From Utricularia gibba (Eukaryota > Plantae > Magnoliophyta): 64,000 bases of DNA. Each line of letters opens with the position of its first letter. Positions within the stretch are counted from its first letter, which is position 1. The position numbers and the translations under genes were made by a program. Below, piece by piece: positions 24,355-36,629 of this stretch. The notes under the pieces are model-generated. The model ran no database searches. It saw only the letters and a program-made list of their open reading frames with translations, and was not told the DNA's origin. Location of the stretch: assembly GCA_002189035.1 (NCBI GenBank), contig NEEC01000002.1, forward strand, positions 4,340,001 to 4,404,000. Reading direction: 5' to 3'.

Positions 24355-26541
24355 TCAATCTTCATCTCCAGAATCAGGCTCCCACTCAGCTCCTTCATAA
24401 TAGGAATTGGGCAGTCCCAACCAGAACTTGAAGGCCTCAGCTGCTCTTTTCCTCTCCCGTCTCCTATCCTGCCTAGCCCTTGAGGCATGCTTGCTGGTGA
24501 ACATTTTCGAGTGCATTTCGACGTAAATCCTCTTGTACTTGGTCTTATTTGGTGGTATTCCATGCTCCTCCATGCAAGCAACGATCTCCAAAGCCTTCCT
24601 AAAGAAGGCTGCTCTAACACAAATGTCGGCAAGAGTATCCAAAAGTCCTTCATCCGGCTGCATGGGAGGAAGGGTGCTGCTACATTTATCGCTATCTTCA
24701 ATGAGAAAACCGCATCTCTCCTTTATCTCCTTCCACAGGATGAGAGCTTCGCCTGGTTTTCTAGCCAGGGAGATCCCATTCGCCAAACTCCCGTAGGTAG
24801 CCACATTCGGGTAGACTCCCTGATCTTTCATGGCCTGAATCACATTCTTGGCTTCATCAATCAGCCCGAGCTTACAATAGCCTTCCACCAGCATATTCCA
24901 TGCAATCATGTCAACTCTAACTCTTGGATCTTTTAGCATTTCATCAAAAACCCTGTTAGCTAGCTTTGGCTGGCCAGATGAAGCGAAGGCTTTCATCAAA
25001 GTAGTGTAACTGACTTTCGTGGGGGCAATACCTCTGGAACGCATCTCATTGAAGTATGTAAGAGCGCCTGCGCTATCATCTGCCAGTATACAACCATCGA
25101 CGAGTGTGTTATAAGAAACCACATCAGGTTCTAGGCCTGCCTTATCGATCATCTCCCGGATGAGATCTTCTGCCTGGTCAATCTGCAGTTGCTGACAATA
25201 TCCTTTCAGAAGTATATTGTATGTGATGACATTAGCAGGAACAGAGTTCATCGCCATCTCCGTGAGCACTTGTCGTGCATTATCCATCGACCCGGCTTTC
25301 ACAAAGGCAGATATGACTGTAGTGTAAGCTACATGGTCCGGATGGCTGGCACTATCACCTTCACATCTCATGGCCTCCAGCATCCTCACCGTGTCAGACA
25401 CACGACCCGCATTCATATAACCTTTCATCAAGGTCGTGTACATTCTTGAATCTGGCGCAAATGCCTGTGGCAGCTCTGGAGGCTCACCACAATCTGTTGA
25501 ATTTGGCAATAGTTTCTGAAACACAGAGCTTTCTGCATTCCCAAACTCCTCACCATTTATACCACTGGACTCCCTCAGAATCCTGCAAATATCTCTCCTT
25601 CCTTCTCTCAATGCCTGAACAAGTCTCCCGGATGTCTCCAAGTCACCAAAGCCAACGTAGGCTGCAACCATGGAGTGCAGCGTTGTCACACAAAACTCTA
25701 TATCTTTGGCAATTATAGCCTCTAACACGAACACCAGCAGATCCTTCCTCCCAAGTCTCGCGCATAACTTAATCATCACATTGTAGGTCCATGCATCAGG
25801 AGCACAGTTGAAGTCAGGCATTTCGTCGAACAGCTTGCTGAACTTCCGGACATCCCCAATATTGGCGCAAGCATTCAGGACGGCGTTGTAGGCGCCGGTA
25901 TCTGGCATCGACTCCTTCACCACATCAACATCCGCAAACATCCGTACTCTTCTGGTCACGGATTCGAACAACTTAATAGCCTCAAGAGGACCATCGTCCC
26001 CAGAAGCAGCAAGACGGCTTGTAACAGCGCTCCATGCTTTCACATTTGGCAGATACCCAGACTTAAGCATAGACTTAATGATAGATAGGGCGTAAAGGAG
26101 GCGACCGCCTTTGGCCGCAGCCACCGCGAGGAGTCCTAGCGAGTTAGCGTCAAGAAGATGTAGCTGCCGGTCGCGCTGGAGCCGCTGGATGATCGATTGT
26201 GCCTTCGACAAGCCATCGCCGGAGTTGGAGTGGGACAATTGCGCCACTAAGCGGCTGAGACACGTCGCATTCGGGAGGTGAGGGCATTGCGCGTACAACA
26301 CCCACGCTTGATCGGTCTTCCTCTGCTGCAGAAGCGACAGAAGCTTCCTATCCTGCGAAACGGTGAGGGTATCACTACTGGTACCGGTTTCCGCGGAAGA
26401 GTTGGTGCTGTAAGGATAATTTCTCGCCGACCGAACGCGAAGGGAAGAGGAAGAAGGGTTCGCGGTAGTGGGGATGGAGACGGAGAAGGGTAGCGGCGGC
26501 ACAATCCGGCAGGCGCAGGCGAGAGCGTGGCCCGTGTTCAT
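24355..26541 (-). CDS. HCF152: P-class PPR protein HCF152 (chloroplast RNA processing), intronless, about 728 aa
   Basis: Matches At3g09650 as recalled (LLSLLQQRKTDQAW...LDANSLGLLAVAAAK...ASGDDGP...AFKFWLGLPNSYY). Ser/Pro/Arg-rich transit-peptide-like N-terminus from the ATG at 26541. Confidence 0.95.
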   Translation of the reverse strand: MNTGHALACACRIVPPLPFSVSIPTTANPSSSSLRVRSARNYPYSTNSSAETGTSSDTLTVSQDRKLLSLLQQRKTDQAWVLYAQCPHLPNATCLSRLVAQLSHSNSGDGLSKAQSIIQRLQRDRQLHLLDANSLGLLAVAAAKGGRLLYALSIIKSMLKSGYLPNVKAWSAVTSRLAASGDDGPLEAIKLFESVTRRVRMFADVDVVKESMPDTGAYNAVLNACANIGDVRKFSKLFDEMPDFNCAPDAWTYNVMIKLCARLGRKDLLVFVLEAIIAKDIEFCVTTLHSMVAAYVGFGDLETSGRLVQALREGRRDICRILRESSGINGEEFGNAESSVFQKLLPNSTDCGEPPELPQAFAPDSRMYTTLMKGYMNAGRVSDTVRMLEAMRCEGDSASHPDHVAYTTVISAFVKAGSMDNARQVLTEMAMNSVPANVITYNILLKGYCQQLQIDQAEDLIREMIDKAGLEPDVVSYNTLVDGCILADDSAGALTYFNEMRSRGIAPTKVSYTTLMKAFASSGQPKLANRVFDEMLKDPRVRVDMIAWNMLVEGYCKLGLIDEAKNVIQAMKDQGVYPNVATYGSLANGISLARKPGEALILWKEIKERCGFLIEDSDKCSSTLPPMQPDEGLLDTLADICVRAAFFRKALEIVACMEEHGIPPNKTKYKRIYVEMHSKMFTSKHASRARQDRRRERKRAAEAFKFWLGLPNSYYEGAEWEPDSGDED

Positions 26542-27539
26542 TGCTTGTCCATCTGAAAGAACTCCAGTGTACAACCGAAGAAGATATGAAAAAAAGGATT
26601 TTGTGAGTGGAGAATAGAAGCAATACGTCGACGTATTTGAACGGCCCTCTCGTTTGCGCGTTCCCTTCCAGATATTCATAGGTTTTTTAGCCGGGCCAGG
26701 GATTACTGGATGTGCAGTCTGGCCCGTTTCTAGTTCATCTCCCTCCTGGACACGGCTGAATCCATATAATATCGTTTTAAGTTTATTTTTCATTATTTTC
26801 TAGTGATTTTTATATTTTTTTACAGTAATTAGATATTTTTGTACAAAAATATATATTTAGGATATTTTCATCTTAGTTTAGGAATAAAATATAGATTTAA
26901 AAATACACGAAATTTGGTGTCATGAGAACCTAGAAGTAAAAAATTTGATTCAATCTCCATACTATAAAAACCTGTAAACTCAAGCATCATTGAATTTCTA
27001 GGCGTCATGTGCTGGTTGTGTGTTTTAATGTTGAATTAAACTATAAGTGTGTTACCATCCTTACATTATGCTGAGGATATTATTTGAGTTTAGATTCTTA
27101 CTTCCACATTTTTGGGACTTTCATAACGACCAATCCTGAAAAGATGAGTGACGAAAATTCTAAAAGAGTGAGAAAACGTTAATGTTCTCTAAAAGAGAAA
27201 TGGTTTTGGATGAGTGATTGATTATTTCCTTTAACTCGAGTGACACATTTATATAATATCACTATTTATTATAAATTTTACTCAAGCAAAAGTCCAATTT
27301 CAGATTTATTTACACATATAGATACATAAAGCACCGCTGACATCTAGCTTCAAGATCAATGTTTTCAACCCGAGTCTTTTATCTTTTTGTTGAGTTTCTG
27401 TCTAATCAAGTTTGAGCATTTTTTATAGTAACTTTTTTTATTTAGTTTATTTATTTATTTATTTTATAAATAATTTAAAATCAACAATTTTTTATGAAGA
27501 TTTCATTATTATTTTGATTAGTTTTGTACACTTGTAAAA

Positions 27540-28760
27540 TATCGATCAATGGTTATAGGTTAATCTAGACATAATGGGTATGAGCCAAGTGAATTTAAGG
27601 TTTGTTGAACTAACCTATAATGCAGTAAGTCCAAATATACTCTTAATCTAAGATTAAACTAATAACTTTATATGCAAGTTTAGTAACTAAATCAAGTCAC
27701 AATGTAGAAATAATCTACAATTTGTTTATATGCACATTCTAAACAATCTAAATTTATCTGAATTATTTGTCATATTTTAAATTAAAACAGTTCCTTATAT
27801 CATTATTCGTTTCACACTTAAGTTACTTGTATGCAAAATATCTAAAACTACATTTATCTAATTCTAGTGGTTTTACTCAAGACTAATATCTATGATTTTC
27901 ATTTTGATTTGTTAGTATACCTCTAAATCAAGTGTCTAAGTTGTAATGTTATTCATTTCCCCTTGTTAGATCAATATGAGTAATGTAGAAACGAGCTATT
28001 AATGTACAAAATTATAGATTACCTAGTAACCCTAAACCACATCACATGTAAATACCTTAAAGTATCTCTAAAGTCTAGCCACTTATGTTAAGTAGAGAAA
28101 TCATCACTTTATAAATGCAAACTAAGGAAAATATCAAAGACATTGTAAGGAATAAAGTTGCAAAGACAAAAGTATTCAATTAACTAAAGACAAAGTAAAA
28201 TGTTTTGTTTTTCATCTGCTAATATTCATACTTCGGAATAGTAGTGCTAAACTGGATTTTGATTTTTCATTTTTGCATTGGAGGTTTTTTTTCTTCTGAA
28301 AAAATCGTCTTCGTCTTCATTTTTGTTTGTTGTTGAAGCCTATCAAGAAGCTCTCACTGTGCATTCCCTCCTCCGTTTTGCTCTCTTCCAAAATATATTT
28401 TCCTCTCATTTTTCAATATAAGTACAGTTTCTGAAAGTTGTACTGTTCCTACCTCTAACTCGCAGTCTATTGTGGCAAAAGTTGCATCATTGTTTCCGAC
28501 TTTTATGCCACATATTCCACTAAGTGGCTGTTGCATAAAATTTTTGTCTTGCTCCCCAAATCTCAAGATCTAACTGCTATGTTAAAAAAGAATTAATAAC
28601 ATAGAATAGACTAAATCAATGATTTAACCCATATGCACGCAAAATTATATATATCCTTAAATTTGGTAAAATACTTAAAATTATAGGATAAATACCTAAA
28701 ACATAATTAAAAAAGTTATATTTTTCATATTCTAAAAATAGAAAAATTTATATGTTATCA
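27540..28760 (-). mobile_element. Degenerate Ty3/Gypsy LTR
   Basis: Minus-strand start TGATAACATAT at 28760; 27560-28230 resembles 61000-61640. Low-coordinate end approximate. Confidence 0.6.
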
Positions 28761-30927
28761 TCTATCATGGATCAATTCATGTAAATAGCATCCCAAAAAA
28801 GGGTGAAGAGATTTTTGCAATTACAAAGAAAAAATTGAAATAATAATAAGACCATATTCATGAGAAATTGTTTACTTCAAAATTTCTAAAAAGAAAGAAA
28901 TAACAAAAAAAGGGTTAAAGAACATTTTGAAAGTTCATTTTAAAACATACATCAAACTATATAAAAAAGACAATTAAAATAAAGTATCAACTAAAAAATA
29001 AAAGAATTCGAAAACAATAACAACAATGGCCTAGTATCTAGACTCCACTAATGCTCTACAAGTGTCGCTTATGCTAGTGAAAGTGCTGCTCATGTTACCT
29101 GTATAGCATCATCTCTGAAGTATGATCAACCAGTTATTTAAAGTAATTTTGGCTCTAGGGTTAACTCATATTTCCTCTCATTTAAGCTTAACCTGTACTT
29201 CTCACAGTTCATAGACAAATTAGGATAAAATGTGCCTAAACAAATATTTCCAATTGACACGTTCACTATTAGGTCCTGCGACTCAATTTGATATCCATGC
29301 CACTTATCCTATAGGATTAGTGGCTACTTGAGAAGGAAAATTATATATAAACAAGAATGAAGACTCAACTAAAATATTTAAGAAAAAAAATAGTAAAACA
29401 AAGTTGCATATGGTACTTGCACAAGCATGGCTTCGTCCAATATTTGTAGCCAAGGAAACTGCATTAAAAAAATTGCATAATTCTCTTTCCCTTTTCAAGG
29501 TATGAGTTAGCTTCAAAGCTGCATTAAAAAAATTAAAATCAACTAAGGATGAATATTAAGTAGGTAAAAAATGATCTCAAAGTATTCTCATGAAATAGGT
29601 TATGAAATGATACAAAGTTGTTCGCCAAAACCCACTTCATCTTCAAGCAAGAGGTAGGTCAATGACACATGGCATGAATATTTTAAAAATAATATTATTT
29701 TTTAACATCATAAAGATGATTTGATTTATAATTTTAATTTTCATATCTTAAAAAACACTTTAAATATAATAATGATTTGAAATAGTCTTTGTTAAAATTG
29801 GTAGGAACTAATTACGAATACTTCAAATTTTCTTGTCAAATTTGATATGTCATTGTTTTAATTATTTGTAAAGAGTTGTTTCTTGAAGTGGAAAACCTGT
29901 TTATACAAATTGTTTTAAAACTCAATTGCAACCTTATTTTTTGTTTTCTATAAGTAATGTTTTTAAAAATACTTTTCATCATTTTGAATTTAGATTGACT
30001 ACTAATTATTAGCATGGTAGAAATAATGAAGATTATATGTGGCCGACACTAAAAAGAATTATAATACTTAGACATTTTGAGACTCTTAAAAAGGTATTAT
30101 AATTATTTAGTTTATTACTAATGTTCTATATAATATTTTATTATTGGTTGCATTTTTTTCACTTAATTTAGATAGTGTTTTAACAATTTTACTTCAATTT
30201 TAGATAAAACTTCTCTGAATCCAAGTTTCACAGGTGCATTTTTTCACTTTTGACTTATTTGTCATATATGGTTTTGTGCATAGAAGATGATTTCTTACTA
30301 GAAGAATTTTATATTGCTCCTATTTCTCTTGATGGTTGGTTTCTATGATAAAAAAATTATAATCCTAAGAGAGTTTTGTTTAAACATACTTGTAAAGAGC
30401 AAAATATTTTATATTGAAGGAAGAGGGAAGTGAGAGGAGGGAATAAATGCCTTTTTGTTAGTAGTAATAGGTCCATAACCATCTTTGCAAAGAAACTCCT
30501 GAAAAAAGAAGAATCTGCCTAACAATGGTGATAAGTATAAACACTCACTTCATAAGGACACTCGATGTAGTTCAACTTCACTCAACAAGGGAGATTGAGA
30601 ATATTACTCCTCCCTATAGGGCGACATCATTTGATAAGCTTCTCATGGGAACTCGAGAGAGTGTTTGACACCTAACATATGGTACAACATTATTTGGCTA
30701 ACAAATAATAGCTTTGCTCTATTTTACCTAATACTTTTATAGATCTTCAAAATTTTTCCAACTGGATCAGTTGTGGGTCAAACTCGTCAAGTCAACAAAC
30801 AAAATTGTAGTTGAATGGTGTTTGAGTCATATACTCCAACAACATGGTTGCTTCATCTATTTTAAATGAAGGCTCACTCTTCCCAATAATAGTCTCTCCG
30901 TTCTTCGTTTCTCATTGGAGAAATTTT

Positions 30928-31984
30928 TGATGACACATAGTTTTCAGTAACTTTAAATTAGGAAAAATTTCATGTTATCATATAAAATAAGGGGTTTATC
31001 AAGCATTTTGATGTTTTTTTTTTGCAAATGAAAACACAGTTTAAGTGTTTTATTCTAGTTTGGAACTAAATAATGGATTTAACTCTCATATTGATTTATT
31101 CTTTTTTCTCAAATCCCAAGAAGGTAAAAGTGCACAATGAAGATGCCGAGATGGAGACAAAAGGAAGAAAAAAGTACACAAAAAGAAGGTTTTTGGAATA
31201 AAAAAAGAGGGAAAGAGAAAAAAAATGTGGAGGAGAGCTTCATAGAACAAACAAGGGGGAGATCTAGAGAAAATTTTAAAGAAGAACAATAGGAAAGAAT
31301 AGAAGAAATCAAGAACTTATCCATTTTTGAAGATTTCTTCTTTATCAATAACATTATTTTTAACCAAGAGTAGATCACGAATATTATTGTTATTATTATT
31401 GTTATTTTCATCCTATTAGAATAACATTAGAGACATGTTAATGATATTTCATAAACTCATTTTATTTATTCTTAATATGAATAGCTAAGGATCACGTGCT
31501 AGCTCGAGGCCAAGAAGGAATGTGTATGATTATTACTTTCTAGACCATATTAATTAAATTATCATACTAAATTCTTATTAAACTAAGATAGAACAAGGAG
31601 GACGAAATAGTGATATATTCATCTTAAGACAATAAACAAGCAAACCTTTAGTTTGGATGAAATAATAATAGTAATGATCATGCTACTGTTAAAGCTTTAA
31701 GACATCACATTATTTCTTTGTAGATAGTAATCTGATTTGCTTGTTTATTGTTTTTGCTATATCCTGATGTTGAATTGTTTTAGTTTTAGCATAGACTTAA
31801 TCTTCAATCATCACGAAACAGAATGCATTTTTCTTTATAAAATACACATCTTGTTTTTCGTGTTTGTCCCTAATTCCACTCTTCTTTTATTTACTTGATG
31901 TTGATTGAGAATTAGGTATATAAATTTATTTTATACGAGAAGTTGCTATTGCACAATGACTTGCAACATTTCTCATTTATAACA
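30928..31984 (+). mobile_element. Degenerate Ty3/Gypsy LTR
   Basis: TGATGACAC...TTTATAACA termini; homologous to 2078-3069. TSD not conserved. Confidence 0.65.
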
Positions 31985-32099
31985 TTCTTCGCAATTAAAA
32001 GATCATCTACTTTCATCCTATCAGTTCCAAAAATCTTAATCCAATTGCCTAAAAAAATAATCATTAAATTTTTGAATTGATAAAATAAACCCAAAAATC

Positions 32100-32800
32100 A
32101 TTGGTTGTCCATCAAAATTGAAGAGGCACCACCTAACTTTAAACAACATAAACGAAAAGAGAATTTTCATTACTCAAAAGGGTTATGCAACTTTTATCAT
32201 TAGGAATTTGAATTTTCCTAGATACAATAGACATCCAATTCCACTGCCAAAGAGGTTCAGATTTTTACGGAATCCAAGACAAGAGATCAAATTACCATGG
32301 TGGTATCGAAGGCTAGTGAGCATCTCTTGTATTTAGGCTTCTCCAGACCTAATCTGTCATATTATGTATAGACACTTAGTCAACACATGGAACAATTGTG
32401 CAAAGAACACTAGTGTGAAGCAATTCAGATAGTGAAATACTTTAGAAAAGCACTTGACAAGGGACTCTTCTATACATGAGAAAGAATAATGTCATTGAGT
32501 ACATTTTGTGACTTAGATTATTTAGCATATCTGCTAACCTGAAGTTCCTTGACTGGATACATCATATTTTTTGGATCTACCTTGATGAGCATTGCAACCA
32601 CAACATACGAGTTGAAGTGGATGAGTTATTGTTGCAACAACCACATTTTCTATGAGTGAACAAAGCACATTGAGGTTGATTGAAATGTCGTGAAAGAGTG
32701 CTTCAGATGTACCAATGAAATCACAAGTTGCCAATATGTTCACTAAGCGGTTGGGAGTGATTAAATATGAACAATTTCTCTAGAAATTAGGGTTAATCCT
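32100..32800 (+). mobile_element. Ty1/Copia RT-RNase H relic
   Basis: ITQKGYA, YRRLV.HLLYLGFSRPNLSY and a FHERTKHIEVD-like motif (about 32647-32680), with stops. Confidence 0.85.
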
Positions 32801-33199
32801 ACCACCCAATCTATTAGACCTTGCTTTCACATGCAAACACATATGGAGAATTGACAACAACAAAAAAACATAATAACGGTTATTTTGTATCTTATAAAAA
32901 CCAATGCTTGTAACCAGAATCAAAAAAATTCAACAATGTGTTTCAACCTCTTTAAAGGCTTCCAAAGTCACCAATATTTTATAAGTTACTCTGCTTTTTA
33001 CTTGAGTTTGGAAAGTCTAACATGGTGAACCTGACATGAATCCGTTTTTCCTTCATGAAACCTTCTATTCACAAACTTCAAAATATCTGTTGTGTTCGAG
33101 TTATCTCATCGCTTCAAACTTCAACCAACGTGTGCCAACTTCACAAGCAATGAGAATGAACGATGAACAAATAAGATAACCTATTAATTGCATGCCTCA

Positions 33200-34450
33200 A
33201 AACTATGCTGGATAATTAGATAAAGAAAAGACAGCATGAGAAGAGAAAGCTGACCAAGTGCAAGCCATACTCCACAGAGTTATAAGTAGCGACACATATG
33301 ATCTTATTATGAACTGCATCACTTCAAAACATACATGGGCTACACTTGCTTCAATGTATGGGAGAGACACACAAGTAGCATCAATGGAAAAATCTCAACT
33401 ATTGAAACAATATGAGACATTGAATATTCTTCCATGTTAGTCCATTTCAAGTTTTATGACGAAAAATTTAGATGAAAGAATTGAAGATAGTCGATTATGT
33501 ACAAAAATTATAAGTGTAGTACCTCCCCAATATAAATATGCTCTTGCTCCTTTCAAGTTCAATGTATCTATTCATTCCATTTTGCTCCAAGCAATTTCTA
33601 CAAGGATTGAAATGAGTAAAAGTGAAACTTTATACTCATCAATCTCCACATGTCCCAGAAATGACTTTCAAAGCTCAAGAAACGAGATTTCCTAGAAAGG
33701 AGCATATTGTTGAAACCTCTCAACCTCCAATAGGTTTTCCTATTAAACCCACAAAAGAATATTGATATTGATTCCTGCACTTTCTGTGAGTAGAAATGTC
33801 ATATACCAGTGCAAGCTTCTAGAATCCAGATGCAAGTTGCACCGACTATTTACTTCAAAGGTTAACAAGAAGAAAATTGATCTTTACTAGTAGATGCTAG
33901 GATGCATAAAATTCAAGCCTAATCCACCTGTTCATTTTAACTTGTAAAATGCTATCTTCACACTAGTGACTGTAACAATTTACTCATCATGGAATATGGA
34001 AAATGGTAAGATCCCTTCACGAGACCCTTATTGTATGTCAACCAGACAACCAGAGTTGATAGCTTTACTCATGATGGTGATTCATCAGTTGACCTAGACA
34101 ACATAAATATTCAAGATGATGACTTTTTCAACAATATTGATATTGAAAGAAGTGAACAATCATCATTTTATGATAGTCCACAATAGATATATTATTATCT
34201 CAATTATTTACGTATTATGTAAATTTACTTCTAATCCGTTAAACTTCAAGGAAGTGTGGAAATTGGTGCAGCAGTGCTAATGTAGGAAGGAAACATCAAA
34301 GAAGAACCATGAAAGAAATAAGAGAAAAGTTGATTGAGTCAATTGCTACTTTACCAAATCAATTAAGCAATGGATCTTATTCATCAATGCTCCAAAGACC
34401 AAAGGTACCTACAATTGAAGAGAACTTAAATATAGTGAGAGGAATTCTAG
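33200..34450 (+). mobile_element. Ty1/Copia gag-integrase relic
   Basis: gag-like CITSKHTWATLASMYG (33258-33440); degenerate integrase C-terminal and RT-start motifs downstream. Confidence 0.6.
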
Positions 34451-35216
34451 AAGCATGAGAGGATCCAAGTGTTTTTAGAGCTACTATATTGGTTTTTGAC
34501 AAAACTATTTATCAGTATGACAAATAAAAAAGAGAGATTAGCATTTATAAAAGCATATAAGAGTGCTAATCTAAAATAATTTTCTTTTAATATTAGTAGG
34601 TGAATTTTAAATGTAGCAAGAACACCGATTTATTTGAAATTGTATTATTTCACGTGGATGCTTGACATAATTTGCTTTCTACAATAATTCCATGTACTTT
34701 TTTGAGTCAATTCAATGCAATTTAATAGTTGTATTTGATTTTTTACAACAATTGCATGTGCTTCTCTGCAATTATTCCATGTGATTTCTTATAAAGATTT
34801 CAATTTTTACATTTATAAAATTAGTACTATACATTATTCTCAACCACTATGCACTTATGTTTTCTTGTAGCAACTCTTCCTCATATATCCACAATTCGGA
34901 AGATGAACGTAATACTCCAAATGTTGAAAATAGTCTCTATTATAGTAAAACAAGCACAATCTGTTCTGAAATTTCACCAATGTGCTTTTGTATGAGTGCA
35001 TTCTCGAGATTGAAAATTGCTCAAAGTTGCATGGTTAAAGAGTATAGTAGAAGATCACTGGATTTACTCATATCAAATACTTTGAATAGAACAAGAAATA
35101 TATCATAAATTATATATATTTTATATTATTAGTATGATCTAATAGCCATACATGCAGTCTCGATTGATGAACAAGTGAGGACATTATTCTTGGTAATGAG
35201 TTTGAAATTTACTAAC

Positions 35217-36580
35217 TGATAAACGAAAATTTCCTAATGTCGTTGAAAAAATAGAAATTTCGTATTAAACAAATTTATAAGCCCTAATTCTAAAAAAAAT
35301 TTAAATTAAACACAAAATGTAAAGTGGAATTCGGGGTCAATCACAAGAAACTTGTGCTTGCAATGAGTTTTTCGTGATGCAAAATTCACAATAACAGTGG
35401 TTCTTAGTCTAAGGTGAAACTAACAGTAGTAAACAAGTTCATGAAACAAGGTCAAGTCTCAACGTGGAAAATAACAGATACCAGTTTTAACACAGACGAA
35501 TGCGAAGATGCCTGAAGACTCTGCAGGTGTTGTGGTGCTAAGGTGCCTAATTTAATTTACCATGTCCCTATACTCACAACTTGAAACAACTTAAGTCTAC
35601 TCAAGTCATTCATCATATTTTCGGCTAAGTTAGTCCCCAATATCATCACCAATATTGCAATTAGGTTTACCCGCATGCAAAGTGTATAGAACTAGGTCTA
35701 CCCGGTTCTACTGGTTCTACCTCGGACAAACACCTACTACTCCCGTTTTGATTTGTTGGTCTACCTCTAAATCAAGCATCTTAGTTGCGAAGTTACTTAT
35801 TCCCCTACTTAGGTCTACCCATAGAATGATAGAAAAAAGAACTAAGAAACAAACATAAATTATATCATTAACCCTAGATCCACACCACTATACTTCACCT
35901 TAAGGCATCCCTAAGATTTTGGCTACTCATATATGAAAGATAAAGCATGATATCATTAATATAAACTGAAGAGAATAGCAAAGACATTGTAAAACAATAG
36001 TCAAAATAACGAAAAATCCTGCAAACTAACGATAGAGTTGAGTGTTCTATTCGCGATCTGCTACTGTTCACTGCCCGGAATAGTAGTGCTGAATTGGGTC
36101 TTTGATATTGTTCTTCAAGTCTTTGGTCTTCCTTCAAGAGAAGTCGCCTTCATCATCCTTTTTTTGTGTTCTTCCTCCCCCTCCTGAGGTCTGGTCATGT
36201 TTGAATTGGAGGGGAAAAACCCCCCGTGTGCATGGTGCAAACGGCTCCAAACCCTCTTGCAATTCTCTCCTCCTCATCTTTCTCTTGCCTCTCACTTCCC
36301 AAGGCAAGTACAATCTCTGGCAACTCTGCTCTTCCTGCCCCTGACTTGCAAACTGCCGCCACAATAGTGTATTCATTGCTCTCTGCTCCTCCTGCTGCAT
36401 GGTGACTTGCGCAAAATCCATGCTGCCTCCCTTGAATTTTTGGAATTGCCCACTAACACCAAAAATCACATATTTCTAAGTTATAAAAAGAAATACTTAA
36501 AATTATAAAATAAATAATTAAACATAATTAAAAACTTGTGATTTTCATATCCTAAAACATGAAAAAAATGTGTGTTATCA
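35217..36580 (-). mobile_element. Solo LTR, 1364 bp
   Basis: TGATAA...TTATCA termini; perfect TSD CTAAC (35212-35216 and 36581-36585); shares the CTACTRTTCCGGGC..TGAACAGTAGC motif with 7449-8865. Confidence 0.92.
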
Positions 36581-36629
36581 CTAACCGTTTGCTTTAAGAA
36601 TGGTTCTAACATTTTGTATGTACTATAAG

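Noticed and set aside
22147-26623. Antisense and alternate-frame ORFs inside the PPR genes (also within ICR and PIP5K9)
   Set aside because: Expected shadow ORFs of real coding sequence.
26542-26793. 84-codon in-frame N-terminal extension of HCF152 in the ORF track
   Set aside because: Not transit-peptide-like and not in the orthologue as recalled; probably promoter or 5' UTR. The ATG at 26541 fits better.
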